NCBI GenBank assembly: GCA_964527425.1
Contig: CAZGOA010000001.1
Location: 98,435 to 162,434 of the forward strand
DNA length: 64,000 bases
DNA from: an uncultured Gammaproteobacteria bacterium
Lineage (GTDB): Bacteria; Patescibacteriota; Microgenomatia; UBA10105; UBA927
Direction of reading: 5' to 3'
A program made the translations under genes and the position numbers. Shown one piece after another: positions 1-9,702 of this stretch (position 1 is its first letter; each line of letters starts with the position of its first letter). Below the pieces are notes generated by a model. It saw only the letters and a program-made list of their open reading frames with translations. It searched no databases and was not told the origin of the DNA.

Positions 1-282
1 TATTTTTTCTATTTCTGTTTTTAATTGATCTGTTATTACTTCATCTATGTCAATGTATAAAATCCAATCATTTGTTGCTTTTTGAGCTCCTGCCATTCTT
101 AATTTAGAAAAATCTTTATCCGGAATAGATACAACTGTAGCCCCAAATTGCCTTGCGATGTTAACACTACTATCCGTTGATTCATTATCTACAACAATAA
201 TTTCATCGGCCCATTCTAATTGCTGCAGACATTTCATTAATCGCTGTTCTTCATTTTTAATGATAACAATAGCTGACAACAT
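1..282 (-). CDS. Glycosyltransferase family 2, N-terminal part (the gene continues past the window start)
   Basis: I translated the minus strand from the ATG at 280-282 myself: MLSAIVIIKNEEQRLMKCLQQLEWADEIIVVDNESTDSSVNIARQFGATV... This is a typical GT-A/GT2 N-terminus with a DxS/DxD region. The ORF runs off the window edge. Confidence 0.65.
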   Translation of the reverse strand, partial: MLSAIVIIKNEEQRLMKCLQQLEWADEIIVVDNESTDSSVNIARQFGATVVSIPDKDFSKLRMAGAQKATNDWILYIDIDEVITDQLKTEIEKI

Positions 283-290
283 ATTCTCTA

Positions 291-1202
291 TTACTCCTTT
301 TTCTTTCCCCACCTACCTAATAAAGCATCTGTAATTGCTTTTTTTTGAGTATCAGAACCACTACCAAACATTCTCAATGCTTCTTTGCATAATGCAATCA
401 CTGTTCTCGTTGATCCATACCTATATCCAAATAGCAATCTATTTCTCGTCATGTAATATTCATGAACTTTGTTTCCTGGTCCACCTGTTGATCCTGCATT
501 TTTATGCCATATCTTTGAAGCAGGTACATATATTACTTTGTAACCAGCATGTGTTACTTTTTGACAAATATCCATATCTTCTAAATATGCAAAATACTTG
601 TTATCAAATCCACCAGTTAACTCTAAACATTGACGAGTAATCATCATTGAACATCCAGTAACAAATGCTGTTTCTTCTTCAGTGTCATACTGACCCGTAT
701 CAACTTCATCAACACCCCTATGACTTCCATAAATATTCTTCCAATCTATTATTCCTCCTGCATACCAAAGCACTTTGCCTAATTCATGTGAAGCATAACG
801 TGATTTATGATACTCATGATGCTTCATAAAATATATTTTTGAACCTGCAACACCAACAGATGGATCATGAAACGTTTGCAACAAAAACATTAAGGACTTA
901 GAATCGACTATCGTATCATTATTTAAAAACCACACGTACTCAGACTCGTTTTTAAAAGCCTCTAATACCCCTATATTATTTGCACCTGTAAATCCTTCAT
1001 TTTCAACTAAAGAAATAATACTAACTCCAGGAAAATGCTTTTTTATTTGTACAACTGAATTGTCTTTTGATGCATTATCCACAACGATAATATCTAAATC
1101 TACTTGCGGATGTTCCAAGACTGAGATTGATTGCAGACATTTCAGTGTATCGTGATAACTATTCCAATTAACCAATATAATTGATATTTTTGTCGTTTTC
1201 AT
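291..1202 (-). CDS. Glycosyltransferase family 2 (WbbL/rhamnosyltransferase-like)
   Basis: 303 aa. SIILVNWNSYHDTLKCLQSI...VVDNASKDNS and a later YLEDMDICQKV motif (the ED/DxD region of GT2). Its start abuts the preceding GT2 gene, as in an operon. Confidence 0.8.
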   Translation of the reverse strand: MKTTKISIILVNWNSYHDTLKCLQSISVLEHPQVDLDIIVVDNASKDNSVVQIKKHFPGVSIISLVENEGFTGANNIGVLEAFKNESEYVWFLNNDTIVDSKSLMFLLQTFHDPSVGVAGSKIYFMKHHEYHKSRYASHELGKVLWYAGGIIDWKNIYGSHRGVDEVDTGQYDTEEETAFVTGCSMMITRQCLELTGGFDNKYFAYLEDMDICQKVTHAGYKVIYVPASKIWHKNAGSTGGPGNKVHEYYMTRNRLLFGYRYGSTRTVIALCKEALRMFGSGSDTQKKAITDALLGRWGKKKE

Positions 1203-1206
1203 ATAT

Positions 1207-1815
1207 TTATTCAGTAGTGAGGATTATTCGAGCATTATGAAGCACGGCTTCATACCCCATCGTTGATTTCATCATAACTCTATATGTTTTTTTTCCTTCT
1301 TCTAAATTAATTATAGCTTCTCTCTTTGTTACGGTATTTGTTTCCATTTTTACTTCACTAAACCATACATCTCGCTTATCTGTTGCATTCACAAGCTTTG
1401 CGTACGCAAACCCGTTGGCAGTGGGAATTGAAAGAAATACTTCAAATACTACTTTTTTGATGTTAGGATAATTCCCTGTATCGATCGTAATTTCTGCTCC
1501 AGGAATTTCTTTCCAGTCAACTGAAATTGTAGATCCAGAACCGAGAGTTAAAATAAATTCTTTTGGAGTTGCTTTTTTCTCATAGAATGGTGTACTTACA
1601 ACCATCTGTGTTGGTGTGCGATCTGAAAAATCTTCAGTTAGTATATTCTGACAGGTATCATCACACACATCTATTCCAGAATCGTTTGTAATTATTACCC
1701 TTGATTCTTCTTCTGCCCTACTTGATGCTTTAAGTACAAACAAATTAATAATTGTTACGTTTAGTACTAACAATAACGTAAGAAAAAACATACCAGTTTG
1801 AACCAAATTATTCAT
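1207..1815 (-). CDS. Hypothetical N-terminally membrane-anchored extracytoplasmic protein
   Basis: 202 aa with one N-terminal TM helix (FFLTLLLVLNVTIINLFVL) followed by a soluble domain. No recognisable motif. Embedded between GT2 genes. Confidence 0.35.
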   Translation of the reverse strand: MNNLVQTGMFFLTLLLVLNVTIINLFVLKASSRAEEESRVIITNDSGIDVCDDTCQNILTEDFSDRTPTQMVVSTPFYEKKATPKEFILTLGSGSTISVDWKEIPGAEITIDTGNYPNIKKVVFEVFLSIPTANGFAYAKLVNATDKRDVWFSEVKMETNTVTKREAIINLEEGKKTYRVMMKSTMGYEAVLHNARIILTTE

Positions 1816-1821
1816 ATACCA

Positions 1822-2721
1822 TTATATTAATTTTCTTTTCAGCTTTAACATCATTTTCATGAAGGGGTTAGTGGATGCTATTATCATTCTAGTCAATCTC
1901 CAATATGATAGTTGTTTTGAAGCGTATTTAAATTCTTCCTCAAGCATATGAGAAGATATCTCTTTTTCAATAAACTTGTGTTTTTCCCACAGTTTTGCAA
2001 ATACAACAAATGAATACATACTTTGAAAAAGTGCAAGGACTAATCCATGAAGTCCATCTTCATAACCCTTCTTGGAAAAATATATAGAGAAAAAATCAGC
2101 AAGAGGATAACGAATTGCATCATGCCAATGCAGCTTGTATCCATTTCGAAATTTTAGTTCTACTTCATTTTCAGTATATAGTGTATTTAATTTTGTTAAA
2201 TATTGAGAAACTGACTGATAATTTTCGTGGACAAAAGGTGTTTTTAATTCACTAATCGTACCTTCAATTTGAATATATTCATGTACGTGTATACATGGGA
2301 ACTTGCCCTTATTTTTTTTAAATAACCGTATTTGATAATCTGGCCACCATAAACCGTTTTTAATCCACTTGCCAAAAATAATATTTTTTCTTGGAATTCT
2401 GTATCCTTCAGAAGCAGATTCTGAACGAATAGTGTTAAGTATTTCTTCTTTAAGATTGACGGGTATGCGTTCATCTGCATCAAGATTTAAAATCCAATCG
2501 TGACTAGCATGGGTAAATCCAACATTCTTATTTATGTTTAGCATTGCCTTATTAGGTTTTGTTATGACTTTTGCTCCAAGTGAACGCGCTATTTCTTTTG
2601 TTTTATCTGTAGATTGATTATCAACAACTATGATTTCATCAGCCCAATCTACAGAGCGTAAACACTCACCAATCATGTGTTCTTCATTATAAGCAGATAT
2701 AACAACTGATAATTTACTCAT
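1822..2721 (-). CDS. Glycosyltransferase family 2
   Basis: 299 aa. LSVVISAYNEEHMIGECLRSVDWADEIIVVDNQSTDKTKEIA...LNLDADERIP. Canonical GT2 N-terminus with a DxD motif. Confidence 0.8.
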   Translation of the reverse strand: MSKLSVVISAYNEEHMIGECLRSVDWADEIIVVDNQSTDKTKEIARSLGAKVITKPNKAMLNINKNVGFTHASHDWILNLDADERIPVNLKEEILNTIRSESASEGYRIPRKNIIFGKWIKNGLWWPDYQIRLFKKNKGKFPCIHVHEYIQIEGTISELKTPFVHENYQSVSQYLTKLNTLYTENEVELKFRNGYKLHWHDAIRYPLADFFSIYFSKKGYEDGLHGLVLALFQSMYSFVVFAKLWEKHKFIEKEISSHMLEEEFKYASKQLSYWRLTRMIIASTNPFMKMMLKLKRKLI

Positions 2722-2724
2722 AGT

Positions 2725-4170
2725 TCATCTCTTTCTAAATGCAAATAGTAATGCTTTGATTTGATCCTTACGAACATACCAAACAATACCTGAATAAATA
2801 GCCATTCCTAACATACCAACTAAAATCAGTGGTAGTATGGTATGGGGAACACGATTTATTAAGAGAACCAATACGATAGCTTGTGTTAAAGCAGCAATAG
2901 ACTGTACAGAAATTTGAGGGAGAAATGAAATAGGTATATATCTTTTTATAACTGCTACTACAACAATTACAGTCCAGGATATTACCATTAATGCCATAGC
3001 AAATCCATGATAGCCAATTAGCTGAACGAATGTCAGTACTAAAACCCATGTAAACACTATCCACATTAGCATTAACCCTAGTGTGATTTTTACTTTTCCA
3101 ATAGCATTTAAAGCATTTGTTAAGGGAGTAGATAAACTAGCTGCAATTGATGTAATACATAAAAAATAAAATGACAATAAAGCACCTTCCCACTTTTGAT
3201 ATTTTGGTACCACTTCCATAAACGGACGTATAAAAAATATCATATTGATATACAGAGGAAAAACTATTAAAGCAATACCGAATGTTGCTTTTTCTAGGGC
3301 TTTTACTAATAATGCGGTGTCATGTTGTAAACGGGAAAACGCCGGAAACGTCACACGCATAACATTATCCATTACAGTCCGTAAAGGCAACTCAGCTAAA
3401 CGCTTTGCCAGAAAAATAAATCCCATTTGATCTAATGTTAATAACCTTCCTAACACAAGAAACAGTAAATCATCTTTAATTAAGGCTAATAAAGAGTTTG
3501 ATTGAAAGGGTATACCAAATCGAAACAGTGATTTTGCAACTGACAATGAAATACCGATTTGGAATCTCCAAGGTGCAATAACATACAAACAGATAAAACC
3601 TACTACTCCTCTGAGTAAAACAGCCCAAGCAAAACTCATTATGCCGTATCCTTGTATTGCAAGCACTACGGCTACAAGATTAAACACTACTGTCTCTAGA
3701 ATTTGTGGAATTATGAGTTTTTGAAATTCTAGTTTTCTTTCCAACAATATTGAGGGGATCGTCTTTAAAGATGAAAACACAAAAGAGACTAAGAGCGCCC
3801 AATATAGCCCTGTGCTTGTGCTGTCTAATCCATAGAACCTCTGAATAACAGGAGTAAGGATCAATCCTATACATATGAGACATACGACTAGTATTTGTTG
3901 AATAGTAAAGGTTGTTTTTAAATCTTCTCCTGTTAATGATTCTTTTTTCTGAATCAGCGCTGCTGCTAAACCAATATCAGAAAAATACGCAAAAAATCCA
4001 ATAACTGCGTTTACAACACCAAATACACCAAATATTGAAGACTCTAAATAATAGGCTAAAACAAACGTGGAAATGGCACTTATTATCTGAAGTAAAAAAC
4101 TACGTTGAACAAGAGCAATCATGCCTCTTGTTGATCGGCTTATTATTTGAGTAACATCTAATTCACTCAT
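2725..4170 (-). CDS. wzx: Wzx-type oligosaccharide/polysaccharide flippase (MOP superfamily)
   Basis: 481 aa and polytopic (about 12-14 TM helices). The N-terminus, RSTRGMIALVQRSFLLQIISAISTFVLAYYL...GVFGVVNAVIGFFAYFSDIGLAAALIQ, is characteristic of polysaccharide biosynthesis protein (Wzx/RfbX) N-termini. Confidence 0.7.
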   Translation of the reverse strand: MSELDVTQIISRSTRGMIALVQRSFLLQIISAISTFVLAYYLESSIFGVFGVVNAVIGFFAYFSDIGLAAALIQKKESLTGEDLKTTFTIQQILVVCLICIGLILTPVIQRFYGLDSTSTGLYWALLVSFVFSSLKTIPSILLERKLEFQKLIIPQILETVVFNLVAVVLAIQGYGIMSFAWAVLLRGVVGFICLYVIAPWRFQIGISLSVAKSLFRFGIPFQSNSLLALIKDDLLFLVLGRLLTLDQMGFIFLAKRLAELPLRTVMDNVMRVTFPAFSRLQHDTALLVKALEKATFGIALIVFPLYINMIFFIRPFMEVVPKYQKWEGALLSFYFLCITSIAASLSTPLTNALNAIGKVKITLGLMLMWIVFTWVLVLTFVQLIGYHGFAMALMVISWTVIVVVAVIKRYIPISFLPQISVQSIAALTQAIVLVLLINRVPHTILPLILVGMLGMAIYSGIVWYVRKDQIKALLFAFRKR

Positions 4171-4904
4171 GATTTATGAAGCTGTTGCCAAGGTCGAGTG
4201 AAAAAAAGGCGCCAGAGACCTTCTAAATCTCCTTGTGCTGTTTTTATCACACGAACAGTAGAACCGGGATTATCGATCCACGTTACTGGCTCTTCATAAA
4301 TTCGATATCCTGACTTTTCAGCAACCATTAACAACTCAGTATCAAAAAACCATTCGTTATCTTTTACAGAGGGTATAATATTTGTTACTACTTTGCGGGT
4401 TACTGCCTTAAATCCACATTGTGCATCAGAAAAATGTACAAAGAAAAATAACTTAATCAGGAAAATATATCCCTTTGAAGTAATAGTCCTTAATAATCCA
4501 CGTTTATACACTCTGCTTCCTGATGCGTTTCTTGTTCCTATAGCTATATCATAGCCTCTTAATAACGATCTTACTAATGAGGGAAAGTGCTTTAAATCTG
4601 TAGACAAATCAACATCCATATAGGCTAAAATATCATGATTGCAGTTAGTCCAGACTTTCTTTACAGCTCTTCCTCTACCTTTTTTATCAATATGAATAGC
4701 CTCAACATTTGCTAAATTTTTACTTAATCTTTTTGCTATTGCCAAAGTTTGATCGGTAGAGGCATTATCTGCAATACTAATTGTCCAGTTAAAATCCTCT
4801 AGATGTAACCGCAAATACTCAGCAAGAGTTTTCACACTATCTTCAAGCTCTAGTTCTTCATTATATACAGGGATAACAATGTTAAGAGATGGTTTTTTTG
4901 CCAT
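4167..4904 (-). CDS. GT2 polyprenyl-phosphate sugar synthase (DPM1/GtrB-like)
   Basis: 245 aa. LNIVIPVYNEELELEDSVKTL...ISIADNASTDQTLAIAKRL...YMDVDLSTD. DPM1-like GT2 with a 4-bp overlap onto the downstream flippase gene. Confidence 0.75.
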   Translation of the reverse strand: MAKKPSLNIVIPVYNEELELEDSVKTLAEYLRLHLEDFNWTISIADNASTDQTLAIAKRLSKNLANVEAIHIDKKGRGRAVKKVWTNCNHDILAYMDVDLSTDLKHFPSLVRSLLRGYDIAIGTRNASGSRVYKRGLLRTITSKGYIFLIKLFFFVHFSDAQCGFKAVTRKVVTNIIPSVKDNEWFFDTELLMVAEKSGYRIYEEPVTWIDNPGSTVRVIKTAQGDLEGLWRLFFTRPWQQLHKS

Positions 4905-6540
4905 AAATGTATATTAATACTACCACGAAGACGAAGCTGATCAAATTACCTATTGTTCGAATTGGAGTGTTGGTAAATTTTGCTTCCAAGGTGCTAAAAT
5001 CCCTTGGGATAGTAATCACTGGTTTACCACCATTAAGTATAATAGGCTGCTCTTTTCCATTTACAATATAAATCCATCCCGGAAAATGAACCATCTGCAA
5101 CGTAATTTGTGTTTCGTTCTGGGCCCTAAATTCATACTTCTTAAACGTTTCCTTTTCTGTTATTTGTTTATGAGTAAATATTGGGTTCTCAATAATCGTT
5201 GTGTTTGCAATATCCTCAACTCTCGTTGGCTTCATAAAATCAGGCGGTAAATACTCATCTGATATTTTTGAAACTCTAAATTTTAATTCTTCTTGAGTTT
5301 CAAATTCCGAAACATTTCTATCATATATATATTGTGGACGAGCTAATTCATTACCTTTCCAGTAGATTAACGCTAAAACAATCACTAACAACAACAGTTT
5401 AATTAGTTTCTTTTCAGACAGCATCACTATTCCACCTGCAATAAACGCCATTGGTATCATCATTAATGTCAAAAACCTCCAAGGATACTGAAGATATTCA
5501 AACCTCGGTATTATTTCCCATACAGGTAGTGATATTGAAGTCATTAGGAATAATGAAATAATCCAAATTCCTCCAGCAATAAAAAGAAACTGCTTATGTT
5601 GTGAGAGAGTTGCTTTACTAAATAATATAACTCCCCCTAGTAAGCTTATAATGATAAATGCTTTTCCTAAAGCAAATGATAAACCATCTTGACAGCCTAA
5701 TTGAGAACCTCCAAATCCCCATTGTGAATACCATAATTGAGATAAACATACAAAATGATCACGAAAATCTGCAGTACTACTTACTTGCCCACTTACTGAT
5801 GTATAGTGCATTTCAAATAATGCAGGCATCCAAAAAAATGAAGATATTCCTAAACCAATAACGATGCCCCATAAAATCGTAAAACTAAAATGTGTTAGTT
5901 TAGATGATTTATAGATAGAGAAAAGAAAAACACCTAGCAAATACAACAACAGAATGATTAACGTTACATATCCAAGTAAGGTATGAGACAAAATCGTACC
6001 TGCTAAACCTACGCCTATGAGCAATCTGCTTAACCAATTTTTATGCTTAAAGGATTCATATATTCCTAAACATATTAATGGTAAAAAAATACTAGCCCAA
6101 TATTCTCCTATTGCCCCTCTTACGTATAATTGCACAGAATGATAGGGCATATATACATAAAACACACCTGATATTAATCCACCCATTTTCCCAAATATTC
6201 GAGATGCACACCAATACATGATATATGCTGCAGATAGTATTCCAATTCCAATCATAATTTTAGTAGCAATAAGTCCTGAAAATCCGAAGGAATAAAGAAG
6301 TCCACCAACATAATAAGGAAGAGGACCATAAAAATTAAATAAAGGGTAACCGTATCCATAACCTAAATCACTTACCCAACGCACAGGAAATTGTCCGTTT
6401 CTTAACGCTTTCCCCATAGCAACTACCCTTCCTACCTGTGTATCATCGTGCATAGGAAAAAATCCTGGTGTTGTTAGTATTCTAATTTGCGTCATTATTG
6501 TGAAACAAATAAGAATAAACGCAATAATATGTGTCTTCAT
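4882..6540 (-). CDS. Polytopic membrane protein, GT-C-like glycosyltransferase candidate (paralog A)
   Basis: 552 aa with more than 10 TM helices. The first extracytoplasmic loop carries acidic residues (FFPMHDDTQVGRV) and the motif GQFPVRWVSDLGYGYGYPLFNFYGPLPYYVGGL, which is shared with the next gene. A C-terminal soluble domain follows. Confidence 0.45.
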   Translation of the reverse strand: MKTHIIAFILICFTIMTQIRILTTPGFFPMHDDTQVGRVVAMGKALRNGQFPVRWVSDLGYGYGYPLFNFYGPLPYYVGGLLYSFGFSGLIATKIMIGIGILSAAYIMYWCASRIFGKMGGLISGVFYVYMPYHSVQLYVRGAIGEYWASIFLPLICLGIYESFKHKNWLSRLLIGVGLAGTILSHTLLGYVTLIILLLYLLGVFLFSIYKSSKLTHFSFTILWGIVIGLGISSFFWMPALFEMHYTSVSGQVSSTADFRDHFVCLSQLWYSQWGFGGSQLGCQDGLSFALGKAFIIISLLGGVILFSKATLSQHKQFLFIAGGIWIISLFLMTSISLPVWEIIPRFEYLQYPWRFLTLMMIPMAFIAGGIVMLSEKKLIKLLLLVIVLALIYWKGNELARPQYIYDRNVSEFETQEELKFRVSKISDEYLPPDFMKPTRVEDIANTTIIENPIFTHKQITEKETFKKYEFRAQNETQITLQMVHFPGWIYIVNGKEQPIILNGGKPVITIPRDFSTLEAKFTNTPIRTIGNLISFVFVVVLIYIYGKKTIS

Positions 6541-8150
6541 GCTCTTCTATTTTTAAATACTTTTCTTACTTTTTTTGTACGCTCATGAGGAGATTCATGC
6601 ATTAACATAACTACTTCTTTACGAATCTTCATTTTAATAGACAATGGGATTAGCATTGCTGAAACATATAATAATCCACTAACTATCGATATCATCGTTG
6701 CAATAAAGCGTGGAACTGTTTCTCTAAACTCTGTAATAAGTCTAAATTGTCCTTTAGGAACCGGAAACATAACAACGCCTTTAGGATTATCATAAGTAAT
6801 TGTTACTGGTACTCCGTTTAAAAATACACCCCATCCAGGATAATAAATACTATTGATCTGAATCACACTATCTTCAATTGTTTCGATATTTGCTATCACT
6901 TTATTCGTCGTTATTACAGCATCTTTTATCACTCCTTTACCACTAAAAAACTCGATTTCTGACGACGCTCTTTGACTAGGAAATTCCCTTACCCATCTAG
7001 GCATATATTCATTCGCAACCGTAGTTGATGCTTCATTCGTAGTATAAAATGTTTCTGGCTGATTTGTTCTTTTGATATTTCTATATGTATTAACAAGTGA
7101 TGGTATGAGTAAGACAATACATACAACAATAAATAATTGTTTAAACGGTTTTTGAAGTTTATCAATAGTAATAGCCGTTAGTAATGACCCAATTAGTATA
7201 AGAAGACTTAAGAATCTATATGGGAACTGAAAAAGTCTAGTAAAAGAATCAACTGACCATAGAACTGAAGTAACAGGTAAACTAAGAAATAGTAAAAAGA
7301 CAAAAGAGACAATTAAAAAACGGTATGTAATAGTTTCTTTTTTCCAGTTGAACAATAACACAATAGCCGCTATTACATGTGAGATAGTTATGAGTATCCA
7401 CTGTGAATTTATAGAAAAATACTGAAATGGATCAGAAACGCTAATGGTATCAAAACGAACATATCTTCGCTCAATTAATGCTGGAATCCAGAAAAAACTT
7501 GTTATACCTAGTGCAAGTATTGTTGATATAAAAACGTGAATTCTTCCTCGTACTAATCCATATAAAAAAATAAAAGGCATTGATATTATTGCTACAGAGT
7601 TATGACTTAGAATTAATATAGAAAGAGCCAGAGTAAATAAATGTTGTTTTCGACTTTCTATTGCATACAAAGACATAGATGCCATTGCGATTGCAAGCAC
7701 CTCACCTACAGATCCTCTGCGAAATAAATCAAAACCTAAATAGGGTGATAATAAAAAAGTCAACACACCTACTAAACTTGCAACACTTGTCGTAAATCGT
7801 TTTAACCACAAAAACAAAGCAATACTTGCTATAAGGACAGATCCGATCAAGATTATTTTTATTGTTTCAATAAAAGGAATCCCCAGCACATGAATAAATG
7901 AACCAATGTATAAAAATCCTGGATACAAAAAATTCGCTACAGGATATCCGTAACTATAATTTAACCTTCCTAATAACCGTACTGGAAACTGACCTTCTCT
8001 AAAACTCTGATAAAATGCAGATAGACGTATAATCATCCAATCACCATCATCTGTTTCGATGAAACCTGAACGGAAAAAAGGCCATACTAGTAAGAGACTA
8101 AAACATACTATTAATAATATATATAAAACCAGTTGTTTGGATAACTTCAT
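6537..8150 (-). CDS. Polytopic membrane protein, GT-C-like glycosyltransferase candidate (paralog B)
   Basis: 537 aa. Same architecture and motif as the previous gene: ETDDGDWMIIRL...GQFPVRLLGRLNYSYGYPVANFLYPGFLY. Overlaps the paralog by 4 bp. Confidence 0.45.
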   Translation of the reverse strand: MKLSKQLVLYILLIVCFSLLLVWPFFRSGFIETDDGDWMIIRLSAFYQSFREGQFPVRLLGRLNYSYGYPVANFLYPGFLYIGSFIHVLGIPFIETIKIILIGSVLIASIALFLWLKRFTTSVASLVGVLTFLLSPYLGFDLFRRGSVGEVLAIAMASMSLYAIESRKQHLFTLALSILILSHNSVAIISMPFIFLYGLVRGRIHVFISTILALGITSFFWIPALIERRYVRFDTISVSDPFQYFSINSQWILITISHVIAAIVLLFNWKKETITYRFLIVSFVFLLFLSLPVTSVLWSVDSFTRLFQFPYRFLSLLILIGSLLTAITIDKLQKPFKQLFIVVCIVLLIPSLVNTYRNIKRTNQPETFYTTNEASTTVANEYMPRWVREFPSQRASSEIEFFSGKGVIKDAVITTNKVIANIETIEDSVIQINSIYYPGWGVFLNGVPVTITYDNPKGVVMFPVPKGQFRLITEFRETVPRFIATMISIVSGLLYVSAMLIPLSIKMKIRKEVVMLMHESPHERTKKVRKVFKNRRA

Positions 8151-8153
8151 AAG

Positions 8154-9662
8154 CTACTGAGCAGGTTCATATCCTAATAATTTATACAATCGTAGACTAA
8201 TTGTTGGATTATTTGGTTTAGGATATTCGGCAATGAGTTCTGTTTTCCATTCTTTAGATGTTATTCCGTTTACATTCATAAGTAAAAAGGTTGGTTTTTG
8301 ATTTAACTGCTCCATCATATCTTCAGATGGTACTTGTGGCATAGGCCATACTCCTTTTACATACAAATTTGGATTATTCCCGTGATAGATTTCTATTGCA
8401 TAAGGTAGTAAGCCAAAAGTTCCATCGGTAAATACAGCAATACTTCCTTTTTCTAATTCTTGACGAATAATCTCATTTACTTCGTTTATTCCGTAACCAG
8501 ATGGCCAATCACTAATTAGTTGCCCTTTATCAGCATACGGAAGCGGAGCATATATTGGTTGAAATAGTATGTAGTATGAAGATCGGATTGAAGAAATTAC
8601 AATTGCTGCTATTAATAATATACTCCGGATCTGTTTTCCCCAATGATTTAGGATAGCATGTATAGCATAAGCACTCAGTGTAAAAAGGGGCACTATCATA
8701 AACAAAATATATCGAGGATACAACACTTTCCCAAAGTATGCCAATCCAATCATTGGGAAAATACACCAAAAACTAATAAGCAATTTTTCTCTCCATTTAT
8801 TCTTCCCGCTTACCAAGCCAACTATCATAGAAAGAACAATTGGAATAGTAAGGTACGTTATAAACCAATCCAAGATTCCGTTCATATTTCCTTTAAAAAA
8901 TCTCCAGGTGTAAAATACTTGACTAAACGGATACACAAATACAGAATCTTTTTGCGCAATCATGTGAAAATATGGTGAGAGTCGTAATACGCCATAGATA
9001 ACTTGAGATACAATCGCTGCAATAATTACATACCCAGTCCATTTTGTTAACTTTCGAATCCTTTGAGAATCTTTCCAATTAAAAAGAATTAATGTTAAGG
9101 GAAGGAGGTAAAGACTCAAAAAACCGGATGTTTTATTTATCATCCCAAATCCCAGTACCATTCCTAATAACAATGCTATATCAAGCTTAACTTCTCTTAC
9201 TAACCGAATTGCAAAGTAAAGTGACCAAACCGAAAATGTTGTAGATAAAGAATCATATAAAGCTAAACGGTCATACATGAGTGTAAATGGCGAAATAATA
9301 TACAAAATAGAAGTAATGACAGTAATCCGTTGAGATTTAAAAAGTAATCTGGTTAAGAAAATAAGTCCAATAAGAGTAGCAAAACCAGCGCCGACTGATA
9401 CCATTCTCCCTGCAATAAGCGGATCTGAAAAAATACGTAAAGACACCATTGTAAACCAGGTATATAAAGGTTGTTTTCCATCTGTTAATGAAATAAACCT
9501 CCAGGAAGCATCATTACCCCCTATTTGTGACCATCGAATATATATAGCTTCATCGGTAAAAATTGGAAGAATATCAAGATTAATCAGCCTTGTAAATCCA
9601 TACCCAATAATCAATAACAAACCTATGAGTATTAGCTTCCAGTGCTTAAGTAGAGAATTCAT
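8154..9662 (-). CDS. ArnT/PMT-like GT-C glycosyltransferase (GT39/GT83-like, polyprenyl-P-sugar dependent)
   Basis: 502 aa and polytopic. The first loop has the PIFTDEAIYIRWSQ motif (DE motif of ArnT/PMT family transferases). A C-terminal soluble domain is present. Confidence 0.65.
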   Translation of the reverse strand: MNSLLKHWKLILIGLLLIIGYGFTRLINLDILPIFTDEAIYIRWSQIGGNDASWRFISLTDGKQPLYTWFTMVSLRIFSDPLIAGRMVSVGAGFATLIGLIFLTRLLFKSQRITVITSILYIISPFTLMYDRLALYDSLSTTFSVWSLYFAIRLVREVKLDIALLLGMVLGFGMINKTSGFLSLYLLPLTLILFNWKDSQRIRKLTKWTGYVIIAAIVSQVIYGVLRLSPYFHMIAQKDSVFVYPFSQVFYTWRFFKGNMNGILDWFITYLTIPIVLSMIVGLVSGKNKWREKLLISFWCIFPMIGLAYFGKVLYPRYILFMIVPLFTLSAYAIHAILNHWGKQIRSILLIAAIVISSIRSSYYILFQPIYAPLPYADKGQLISDWPSGYGINEVNEIIRQELEKGSIAVFTDGTFGLLPYAIEIYHGNNPNLYVKGVWPMPQVPSEDMMEQLNQKPTFLLMNVNGITSKEWKTELIAEYPKPNNPTISLRLYKLLGYEPAQ

Positions 9663-9702
9663 AGTCGAATTATATCGTAATTTTGTTTATGAGATTTGTA
9701 TT

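Noticed and set aside
335-640. 101-aa + strand ORF inside the GT2 gene 291-1202, and similar small antisense ORFs (2244-2483, 3245-3430, 8658-8978, 22624-22965, 49723-50151, 51086-51286 and others)
   Set aside because: All are embedded in, or antisense to, well-supported longer genes. They are hydrophobic or low-complexity with no motifs, and are shadow ORFs of AT-rich DNA.
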